Source of the DNA: Bdellovibrionota bacterium FG-1 | Lineage (GTDB): Bacteria > Bdellovibrionota > UBA1018 | Assembly (NCBI GenBank): GCA_051382295.1 | Contig: JBBCAW010000013.1 | Span: 32,001 to 96,000, forward strand | Direction of reading: 5' to 3' | Length of the DNA: 64,000 bases | Shown here: piece by piece, positions 19,177-26,519 of the stretch | Position numbering within the stretch: the first letter of the stretch is position 1 | How the letters are laid out: every line of letters begins with the position of its first letter | Notes under the pieces: model-generated | Database searches by the model: none | The model's input: the letters and a program-made list of their open reading frames with translations, nothing else | What the model was told of the DNA's origin: nothing | Program-made: the position numbers and the translations under genes

Positions 19177-19202
19177 ACTGAAATCGAGCGTTGGCGGCTA
19201 CA
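19177..19202 (-). repeat. Right terminal inverted repeat
   Basis: ACTGAAATCGAGCGTTGGCGGCTACA; second ACTGAAATC at 19153-19161 (24-bp spacing). Confidence 0.88.
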
Positions 19203-19203
19203 T

Positions 19204-19503
19204 GCTCAATCCTTGAGGGAATATTTCCCTCTCCTCGCGGAGGTAGGCGACGGAGTTTCGGAGTTTCGAAAAAAGCGCCAAGAGATGCGCGATGAGATGA
19301 CAAAGTTTGACTTGGAAAAGGTCGCGGCTATGGATGATGGAATCCTCAGATCTTATCACGAGATTGAGCGCCAGGTTCAAATCACCTTGGAGGAAGTGGA
19401 AGGACTAAAGAGAAGCGGCGATCTACGAGAGAAATATGAGGCGATTCAGACTACGTCAGTAAGATTAGGGCAGGCTTCGACAGTACTACTAAATCAAACT
19501 TAA
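19204..19503 (+). pseudogene. 3' gene fragment encoding a helical/coiled-coil segment, abutting the transposon right end
   Basis: Open frame from the element boundary to TAA 19503; no convincing start or RBS. Confidence 0.5.
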
Positions 19504-19535
19504 CGCGGTGAGCTTCACAAAGTAACCTGATACCT
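19500..19535 (+). repeat. 36-bp direct repeat copy 1 (duplicate of potC 3' end)
   Basis: TTAACGCGGTGAGCTTCACAAAGTAACCTGATACCT; 34/36 identical to 19942-19977. Confidence 0.9.
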
Positions 19536-19674
19536 ACTTTAACGAGATGGGCGTCACAAAATGAGCCGATACGATTTCATCCGGAGTCACCAGCAGGCCC
19601 CAGCCGGCCAAAAGCAGGCCGGTAAGCGCCATCAAGGGAAAGGCGCGGTGCAGTAGGGTTTGTATGAGGATCAT
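19534..19674 (-). CDS. 46-aa single-pass membrane microprotein
   Basis: AGGAGG 6 nt before ATG 19674; MILIQTLLHRAFPLMALTGLLLAGWGLLVTPDEIVSAHFVTPISLK; sigma54 site upstream. Confidence 0.65.
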   Translation of the reverse strand: MILIQTLLHRAFPLMALTGLLLAGWGLLVTPDEIVSAHFVTPISLK

Positions 19675-19744
19675 AAGGGACCTCCTATCACGACAAGGCA
19701 TCGCGGAATTACGCTGGCCATTATGACGAGCGCGTTTGGGGAAA

Positions 19745-19760
19745 AGCAACCCTCGTGCCA
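19745..19760 (-). promoter_or_regulatory. Sigma54 (-24/-12) promoter
   Basis: TGGCACGAGGGTTGCT matches TGGCACG-N4-TTGCW; paired CATTTTGA elements within 19878-19912 are possible enhancer sites. Confidence 0.75.
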
Positions 19761-19941
19761 AACCTTTAAAAACGGGGCGTTAAAAAAATAACGCATGAAA
19801 ACAAATAGATATTAAGGAGAGACCGATCGTCCTCGCTCTTGAGTAGGATCAAACAGTCCGTCTTTATTGAGCCCTAGTGTCATTTTGATCGAATTCTTCG
19901 GGCATTTTGACATTCGCCAAGGGGCGGCCTCTAAATGAAAT

Positions 19942-19977
19942 TTAATGCGGTGAGCATCACAAAGTAACCTGATACCT
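19942..19977 (+). repeat. 36-bp direct repeat copy 2 (spans the potC stop codon)
   Basis: TTAATGCGGTGAGCATCACAAAGTAACCTGATACCT. Confidence 0.9.
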
Positions 19978-20745
19978 TTTAGGTTTGAAAAACACGCCCA
20001 CCAATATCAAAGTCGCGCCCAACATCAAAGTCGACAAGGCGTTGATTTCTGGAGTAACGCCAAATTTAATCATCGCGTAAATTTTGAGCGGCAAGGTATC
20101 CGATCCAACCCCGGCGGTGAAAAAAGTAATCAAAAAATCGTCAAATGAAAGCGTAAAGGCCATCAGCGCACCGGAAAGGATCCCAGGCAAAATCAGTGGA
20201 AAGGTGACACTCCAAAAGGTCTGCCAAGGAGACGCACCCAAATCGTGTGCCGCCTCTTCCAACGAATCGTCAAAACCCTGGAGGCGCGATTTAACCGTGA
20301 TGATGACGTAAGAAACGCTAAACGTCACATGAGCCAAGATAATCGAAAATGCCCCGAGCGTAATTCGGAGGACGACGAACCAAATAAGAAGGGCGAGTCC
20401 TAACACGATTTCCGGCATGATCAGTGGCACGTGAGTGAGTCCATCAAATAACCTGCGCCCCGGAAACCTCATCCGCTCAATCGCAAGCGCAGCCATCGTT
20501 CCAATGCCCGTCGACACCAACGTGCTCCACATGCCCACGTAAAGACTCATATTGAACGAGTCCAGCACTAACCGATTAGTTAAGATTTTGCGATACCACT
20601 GGAGTGTCCAAACTTGGGCACTGCCCGGACCATCGACCGGCCCTAGAAACGAATAAGCCACCAAAGCCATTAACGGGACATAGAGAAGCAAAAAGGCGAA
20701 GACCGTGATCCCTTTAGCAACAGTCGGCGAACGGGGACGAAGCAT
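19957..20745 (-). CDS. potC: Spermidine/putrescine ABC transporter permease
   Basis: LEEAAHDLGAS EAA motif, AFTLSFDDF, TLPLKIY, TPEINALST. Confidence 0.9.
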   Translation of the reverse strand: MLRPRSPTVAKGITVFAFLLLYVPLMALVAYSFLGPVDGPGSAQVWTLQWYRKILTNRLVLDSFNMSLYVGMWSTLVSTGIGTMAALAIERMRFPGRRLFDGLTHVPLIMPEIVLGLALLIWFVVLRITLGAFSIILAHVTFSVSYVIITVKSRLQGFDDSLEEAAHDLGASPWQTFWSVTFPLILPGILSGALMAFTLSFDDFLITFFTAGVGSDTLPLKIYAMIKFGVTPEINALSTLMLGATLILVGVFFKPKRYQVTL

Positions 20746-20748
20746 GGC

Positions 20749-21645
20749 TTACGCCTCCCCTTCAGAAACGACCGTGGCCCGGCTAGCGACCCCTCGCTCC
20801 TCTTGAGAGGTCACGCGCAGGTAAATCATTAAACTCGCCAATACAATCATGATCAAAAGGAGCGAAAGAGCCGAGCCAAACGGCCAGTCGCGCGTTTTCA
20901 GAAATTGCTCAGTGATCAGATTTCCGATCAACATCGTTCGCGCGCCTCCCAGCAGGTCAGGAATGACAAACTCGCCCAGTGCGGGGGTGAACACAAAGAT
21001 CGAGCCAGTAATAATGCCTGGCTTCGTGAGGGGAATCAAAACCTTGAGCAAAATCTTCCATCCAGGCGCGCCCAAATCCTTGGCCGCCTCGAGCAGTGAA
21101 AAATCGAACTTTTCGAGAGCAACATAAAGAGGCAACACCATAAAGGGGAGATAATTGGTGACCATGCCGAGCCAAACCGAAAAGTCGGTATTCGCAAAAA
21201 CAATGGGCTCGTGAATCAAACCCAAAGCCAAAGCAAGCTGATTGACCGGGCCCAGCTCGCCAAAAAGAATTTTAATCGCATAAGCACGTACCACAAAATT
21301 GGTCCAAAACGGGATGACCACCAAAATCAAAAGCGCAGAGCGCACCCGAGCCGAAGAAGTAGCCATCACATAGGCCATCGGATACCCAATGATCAGGCAG
21401 GAAATAGCCGTCAAACTTGCGAGCTTAAGACTGTTCCAAAAAATCCGGAGATAAATCCAATCGGTCGCGCGCACATAATTATCGACCGAAAATCGATAAA
21501 CCACGCCACCATAAGTTCCTTTGGTGGCAAAACTATAAACCGCGACAATTCCTAGGGGAATGAGCAAAAACCACAAAAACCACCCCATTGCCGGCAAAAC
21601 CAACAGAGGCGGCTTATTTTGAACCTGACGATTTCTTTCAGCCAA
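20749..21645 (-). CDS. potB: Spermidine/putrescine ABC transporter permease
   Basis: IPFWTNFVVRAYA, YLPFMVLPLY, LLEAAKDLGA, RDWPFGSAL. Confidence 0.9.
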   Translation of the reverse strand: MAERNRQVQNKPPLLVLPAMGWFLWFLLIPLGIVAVYSFATKGTYGGVVYRFSVDNYVRATDWIYLRIFWNSLKLASLTAISCLIIGYPMAYVMATSSARVRSALLILVVIPFWTNFVVRAYAIKILFGELGPVNQLALALGLIHEPIVFANTDFSVWLGMVTNYLPFMVLPLYVALEKFDFSLLEAAKDLGAPGWKILLKVLIPLTKPGIITGSIFVFTPALGEFVIPDLLGGARTMLIGNLITEQFLKTRDWPFGSALSLLLIMIVLASLMIYLRVTSQEERGVASRATVVSEGEA

Positions 21646-22783
21646 TGGAGGCTCCGTGGTCGGACACCGGCAGCGCCGCCTCGCGGCCCATGAGCAAACA
21701 ATCTTCGGGGGGCCAAGCGACGAACACCTTATCGCCGATCGTAAAATTACGACGAGCGGTGACCGCCGTATTCGGTTGGGAGACGATCAAGAGCGGCCCG
21801 CTTCCTTCTTTAGGCTGCACAAAGAGCTGAGTGACCGACCCCTGATACAGCACTTCGCGGAGTGTGCCCTCAAGGGCGTTTTGCTCGATCCCCGGCGAAC
21901 TTTTGAGCATCTTGAGCTTCTCGGGCCGCACCAAGATCTTGACAGGAGTGCCCGGCAACGCCATCGGCAACGGCCGCGCACCATCGCGCGAGGGCTTGAT
22001 GGTCATCACGCGACGAGAGGCTCCAGACACTAAAATCGCGTCCTGCCGCGCCTCTTTGACCTCGCCTTCGATGGCGTTGATCTGGCCAATAAACTGAGCC
22101 ACAAAAGGAGTTCGGGGGTATTCGTAAATTTCTTGCGCCGTACCCACTTGCTCCACCGCGCCGCCATTCATGACGGCAATACGGTCCGAAAGGGTCAAGG
22201 CTTCTTCTTGGTCGTGGGTGACAAAAATAAAAGTATGCTTCAGGCGACGTTGAAGCGACAAAAGCTCCACCTGCATTTGCTGTCTGAGTTTAAGATCGAG
22301 TGCCGAAAGCGGCTCATCCAACAGCAATACCTTGGGACGATTCACGAGTGCCCGGGCCACGGCTATTCGCTGCTGTTGCCCGCCCGAAAGAGTACTGATG
22401 CCACGAGCACTGAAGGCCTCCATCTTGACCATTCCCAGCGCTTCGCTCACGCGGGACGACAGCTCAGATGAGGGGACTTTTTTCATTCGCAGGCCAAACG
22501 CAATATTTTCCCAAACACTGAGGTGAGGAAAGAGTGCGTACCGCTGGAAAACCATATTGAATTGTCTGCGATTGGCCGGAAGTTGATCGATTCGCACGCC
22601 GTCATGTAAAATTTGGCCGCCTGAGGGTGACTCAAAGCCCCCCAGCATCCGGAGCAAAGTGGTTTTTCCGCAGCCGCTCGGCCCAAGTAGCGAGAAGAAC
22701 TCGCCTTCTTTGATCACCAAGTCTGTTTTCCGGACCGCATGCGTGGATCCGTACTTCTTTTCCAACCCCTTAAGCTCGAGCAT
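21638..22783 (-). CDS. potA: Spermidine/putrescine ABC transporter ATPase
   Basis: GPSGCGKTT, LSGGQQQR, LLLDEPLSALD, VTHDQEEAL, TOBE-like C-terminus. Confidence 0.92.
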   Translation of the reverse strand: MLELKGLEKKYGSTHAVRKTDLVIKEGEFFSLLGPSGCGKTTLLRMLGGFESPSGGQILHDGVRIDQLPANRRQFNMVFQRYALFPHLSVWENIAFGLRMKKVPSSELSSRVSEALGMVKMEAFSARGISTLSGGQQQRIAVARALVNRPKVLLLDEPLSALDLKLRQQMQVELLSLQRRLKHTFIFVTHDQEEALTLSDRIAVMNGGAVEQVGTAQEIYEYPRTPFVAQFIGQINAIEGEVKEARQDAILVSGASRRVMTIKPSRDGARPLPMALPGTPVKILVRPEKLKMLKSSPGIEQNALEGTLREVLYQGSVTQLFVQPKEGSGPLLIVSQPNTAVTARRNFTIGDKVFVAWPPEDCLLMGREAALPVSDHGASIG

Positions 22784-22790
22784 GACGCAC

Positions 22791-22819
22791 CTTATAATGG
22801 ACTCGAGCGTATTTGTCAG
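22791..22819 (-). promoter_or_regulatory. Putative sigma70 promoter of potABC, leaderless arrangement
   Basis: CTGACA-N17-TATAAG ending 7 nt before ATG 22783. Confidence 0.5.
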
Positions 22820-22847
22820 GTTAAAATTCTAGGGCATACATTTTTAC

Positions 22848-23324
22848 TTACCCCACGCGCTTCAGCTGGTCCTTCTTCTCCACCACCCTCAGACCAACTG
22901 ACAGCGTCTCGTTTGATAAACGCGAATCGACACTGACGGCCCCGGAACCATAAATAGCGGTGGTCAAGAGACCTCCCAGGATGGCCATGTTTTTAAGAAA
23001 ATTAACGAGCTGTACCTGAGCCTCTGGTCCCGTGAGGGCCCAAAAATTATGAAAAACAAGAGTGACTGGTACCAAATAACAAAACAACAGGGCACCCGCC
23101 CATCGTCCTTTAAAGCCAACCAGAAGAGCAAAACCGCCGACGAGTTCCACTAATATAGCCAAAGCCAGAAACTGCGGAATCAAGAACATTCCTTTTGCCG
23201 CCATGTACCCCGCCGTCTCGGACCAGGCCATGATCTTATTCGAGCCGCTGAGAATGAAAATGAAAGAAAGCAGAAAGCGAGCGATCGGCGACAAAACCCC
23301 AAATCGAGCCGGTAAAGCATTCAT
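22848..23324 (-). CDS. DoxX family membrane protein
   Basis: ARFLLSFIFILSGSNKI, VELVGG, FHNFW, NFLKNMAILGGLL, GSGAVSVD. Confidence 0.88.
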   Translation of the reverse strand: MNALPARFGVLSPIARFLLSFIFILSGSNKIMAWSETAGYMAAKGMFLIPQFLALAILVELVGGFALLVGFKGRWAGALLFCYLVPVTLVFHNFWALTGPEAQVQLVNFLKNMAILGGLLTTAIYGSGAVSVDSRLSNETLSVGLRVVEKKDQLKRVG

Positions 23325-23383
23325 AAAAAAACCCCTTCCATAGGGCAGGGAGGGTGCATTCACCATGCCGTAGGGAAGGGGTT
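23325..23383 (-). terminator. Rho-independent terminator after the hit-like gene
   Basis: AACCCCTTCCCTACGGCA...TGCCCTATGGAAGGGGTT hairpin running into a T7 tract on the minus strand. Confidence 0.7.
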
Positions 23384-23416
23384 AAACCTTGAGAAAGAAG
23401 GGTGCCGAAAAACTTC

Positions 23417-23665
23417 TTAAGGAGTCGAAACTGGAGCTGAATCCGCCGCTTTGCCGGCTTTTACAGGTTTTTCTGCGGCTGAAACAGCGGCTTCAACTGT
23501 CTTTCCCGAACCATTATATCCACCCGTACATTCAACCTGCTTGCCATTTTCTACCCCATTTTCAGAAATAGGCTTAGCTGCAGGTGGATTATCCGCTCTC
23601 ACCATCGCACTTCCCGATAACCCAACCAATGCCACTGCCATCAAAACCAAATTAAATTTCTTCAT
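23417..23665 (-). CDS. Small secreted low-complexity protein, positional counterpart of Bdellovibrio Hit (Bd0108)
   Basis: AAGGAG RBS; signal peptide VRA-D; A/P/K/G/S-rich mature part with one Cys; directly downstream of the RHS gene and tadB. Confidence 0.6.
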   Translation of the reverse strand: MKKFNLVLMAVALVGLSGSAMVRADNPPAAKPISENGVENGKQVECTGGYNGSGKTVEAAVSAAEKPVKAGKAADSAPVSTP

Positions 23666-23694
23666 AATCTCTCTCTCCTTAATTCCCTGAAATA

Positions 23695-23710
23695 AGCAAA
23701 ACCGGTGCCA
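23695..23710 (-). promoter_or_regulatory. Sigma54 (-24/-12) promoter
   Basis: TGGCACCGGTTTTGCT (GG-N10-GC), 29 nt before the ATG; AT-rich IHF-like tract just upstream. Confidence 0.75.
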
Positions 23711-23816
23711 ATTTGACCACTATTTTAATCAATAATTTCAGCTACTTAAAAAACACTTTCCAACCTATTCCGAGTAAACTCACTCAAGCCTTAGCCAGGT
23801 GTCTAAACCCTAAACA

Positions 23817-25562
23817 CTAAAACGATAAACTCACCCCGGCGGGACGAATGATATCCAACAGATTTTGAAAAGCCGAAGTCACCTGAAGCGCGATCTTACG
23901 ACCCGCCGTGCTCTCGACTTTCTTAATTTCCCCACTATTGGTGTAACTCACCGTAATCGTCCCCAACTGAGGATCTGTGATCTCGACCGGCTTGGAGTTT
24001 TCATTATATTTGAAATCAATCCGACGACGGCTTTGATCAACCAATGACCGAATGCGGCCATTGCCATCATAAAAAAGTTTTACGCCCTTGGTTTCGGAGT
24101 TCTTGGCAAAAACCAAATCCCCCTTTGCGTCGTACTCAAATTGCGACCAGCTGACATCTTTTTTATTGAGCTTAGAGTAACGAACCACTTTACTCACTTT
24201 ACTCACTTTAGGATCGTAAGACAGCTCCGTCACTTCCGTCGGTGTCATCTTTTTGGTCACGTGCCCCTTGACGTCATAGACAAAAGCCGTCTCTTCGCCC
24301 CCGTGTTTAATCAAAAGGGGCAAACCGCAACATTCATTGTAGGTGGTTTCAGTCCGATCGCCGTCGAGCACAGTGACGAGTTTATAGGTCCATTCCTCAC
24401 CATCCGCTTTGTGCTTAATCAAGTATTCGTACTTGCTCGAGGAGATGTCTTTGTGGTCCGATCCTTTGATATTGACCGCCACCCAATAATGACTTTTATC
24501 GGAAGAGTCAGTTTCGTAGGTATACGCAGTCAGCGTTCCATCTCGATCCTTAACCGACTTGACGCTCTCTTGTTTGTCGCGCCCATAGTACTCGATTTGC
24601 ATCGTGGTTTTGTCAGAATAGGCGACTTCCACCATATTGTGACGAGTCCCGCTATCGCCTTTTTTTGCGTTACCATAAACATACTGATAACTATTGCCAT
24701 CCGTGTCTTTGCTATAAACCAGCTCGCTTAGGCCGTTGTATTTAAACTCCGCCTTTTTGCTATTTTCACCGTCAATCTTTTCCAAAAGACCTTGAGCATT
24801 AAACGTAAAGAACATCTTACGATTAAAGTTGTCGATCAGTTTAGCGAGCTTGCCGTCCCGGCCATAACTGAGTTCAATAAAGTTACCGTTCTTATCCAAC
24901 AGTCTTTGCAGCCGACCCTGCTCATCGAATTTCTCTACTTTACCGTTATCAAAGGTGCGAACATAACCACCTTGCACCCGGGTGACATATTGATAGCTAA
25001 AGCGGTTGGAATGGAGCTGCGTGCCCGCGGTGAGTTGCCGCGCCTGAACCTTACCCTGCTTGCGAAATTTTTCCCACTCGTCATTACGGAAGGTTGCATC
25101 ACTCTTCAGTTTGGTCTTATAGGATGCCAGTTGAGCGGCGCTCCCTAACGCGCCGGCCTTTTGCGCAGCCTGACCAATCATATCTACCGCTTGGCCAAGC
25201 TCATCCGATTTGAAAGCCATCGGGCTGAATCGATTTTCCGCGCCGCCACCATACTCATGGACCACCACGCTTCCATCAGCCGAAACGCTCAAAAAAACCT
25301 CGTACTCATTACCCCAACCCCAACCATACATCCCCTTAAACGGTGTTTTCGAGTTGAAAACTCGCTCCATTTTTGGGTCAAAACCTCCGGAGTAAATAAT
25401 ATCGGTGTATCCAACAAAAAAATTGCCATTTTTCAGGCTCACATTGGCCGCCCCATTGACGCTCGCCAGGCCGAATAAAACAAGCATCGCCCAAATAGCC
25501 GATTTTGGAAATTTTTTAACTTTTGCCGCAGTATTTTTCATGATCTTCCCCACCTGTTGCAC
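23817..25562 (-). CDS. Secreted RHS/YD-repeat protein (Bd0109-like)
   Basis: Signal peptide; NVSLKNGNF...RVFNS...YGWGW N-terminal domain; many YD/FD-xxG repeats; no C-terminal toxin domain. Confidence 0.85.
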   Translation of the reverse strand: MQQVGKIMKNTAAKVKKFPKSAIWAMLVLFGLASVNGAANVSLKNGNFFVGYTDIIYSGGFDPKMERVFNSKTPFKGMYGWGWGNEYEVFLSVSADGSVVVHEYGGGAENRFSPMAFKSDELGQAVDMIGQAAQKAGALGSAAQLASYKTKLKSDATFRNDEWEKFRKQGKVQARQLTAGTQLHSNRFSYQYVTRVQGGYVRTFDNGKVEKFDEQGRLQRLLDKNGNFIELSYGRDGKLAKLIDNFNRKMFFTFNAQGLLEKIDGENSKKAEFKYNGLSELVYSKDTDGNSYQYVYGNAKKGDSGTRHNMVEVAYSDKTTMQIEYYGRDKQESVKSVKDRDGTLTAYTYETDSSDKSHYWVAVNIKGSDHKDISSSKYEYLIKHKADGEEWTYKLVTVLDGDRTETTYNECCGLPLLIKHGGEETAFVYDVKGHVTKKMTPTEVTELSYDPKVSKVSKVVRYSKLNKKDVSWSQFEYDAKGDLVFAKNSETKGVKLFYDGNGRIRSLVDQSRRRIDFKYNENSKPVEITDPQLGTITVSYTNSGEIKKVESTAGRKIALQVTSAFQNLLDIIRPAGVSLSF

Positions 25563-25634
25563 GGATAAATCCCACCTCTATCCATTGAAAAGCAAGTCCC
25601 GCCTAAAGTCCAGTCGGAAGCCAATAAGGCCACC

Positions 25635-26507
25635 TCACACATCGATCTTAATCACCTTCATTATGACCACAAATCCCACAATTTCGAGGACCAAAATAAC
25701 CATGATAAACGCCCAGCCGATCGGAGTGACAAATAACGGACGCATAAAATCCGGATCGGTTTGGTAAAATACTGCCCCCAAAACCGCCGGGATCGCCATC
25801 AATACATAACCCTGCACCTTCCCTGAAGCCGTCATGGCATCGATCTTGTTCTCCACTTTAATCCGCTCACGAATCGTGGTGACGATCGTATCAAAGGTTT
25901 CAGCCAGATTACCCCCGGTTTCCTTAAGGATATTAATCGAAGTCACGAACATCTCGACATCATCCGATTTAATGCGCTTGGAAAGATTGGTAAAAGCCTC
26001 TTCCAGCGCCACCCCGAGTTTATTTTCGCTGAGTACGAGGCCAAATTCTTGACGTATCGGATTTTCCATTTCTTGAGTCACCAAGGACATTGCCTGCACA
26101 ACCGAAAGCCCCGATTTAAGCCCATTGGACATCAAACTCAAACCGTCAATCATTTGATGCACGAACTTTTTCACTCTTCGAACGTAAAGCCATTCCACAA
26201 TAGGTTTTGGAATTTTCCAACCTACCACCGTCACGGCCACACCAAACATCAGCCCCGGAATAATATTAGGTAGAAATGCCAAAAACACTAAGGAACCCAG
26301 CCCAAAACTCAAAGAAACCAAACCGATGAGAATTTTTTGCGGCGGAATCTCGATAAACATCATACCAAGCTTTTCGACGATGTAATCTCGAGTGCCCAAA
26401 CTCTGAAAACGAAGCCATTCCAAAAACCGCTTGCTGGAGTGATAGGAAATCCCGAAAGCCCCGACGCCAACTCCGATAATCCCTACAACCTTATACATGG
26501 CCGGCAT
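25635..26507 (-). CDS. tadB: Tad inner-membrane platform protein
   Basis: T2SS-F domain, GLKSGLS, ETGGNLAETF, TM helices; follows the ATPase. Confidence 0.9.
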   Translation of the reverse strand: MPAMYKVVGIIGVGVGAFGISYHSSKRFLEWLRFQSLGTRDYIVEKLGMMFIEIPPQKILIGLVSLSFGLGSLVFLAFLPNIIPGLMFGVAVTVVGWKIPKPIVEWLYVRRVKKFVHQMIDGLSLMSNGLKSGLSVVQAMSLVTQEMENPIRQEFGLVLSENKLGVALEEAFTNLSKRIKSDDVEMFVTSINILKETGGNLAETFDTIVTTIRERIKVENKIDAMTASGKVQGYVLMAIPAVLGAVFYQTDPDFMRPLFVTPIGWAFIMVILVLEIVGFVVIMKVIKIDV

Positions 26508-26519
26508 GGCAAGCCCCTA

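Larger units (their letters stand above)
14658..19202 (+). mobile_element. Four-gene DDE transposon with TGT...ACA ends (IS481/IS21/Mu/Tn7-related architecture), 4545 bp
   Basis: 26-bp imperfect terminal inverted repeats; transposase plus AAA+ ATPase; visibly GC-richer than flanks; interrupts a host gene. Confidence 0.88.

Noticed and set aside
24185..24210. Tandem CACTTTACT repeat
   Set aside because: Short coding repeat (KVSKVSKV) inside the RHS gene
23817..25562. RHS polymorphic toxin with immunity gene
   Set aside because: Short, with no RHS core cleavage motif followed by a toxin domain; the downstream gene has its own promoter
25604..25627. TAAAG...GCCAATAA sigma28-like site
   Set aside because: Spacer is 12 nt rather than 15 and it points antisense to tadB
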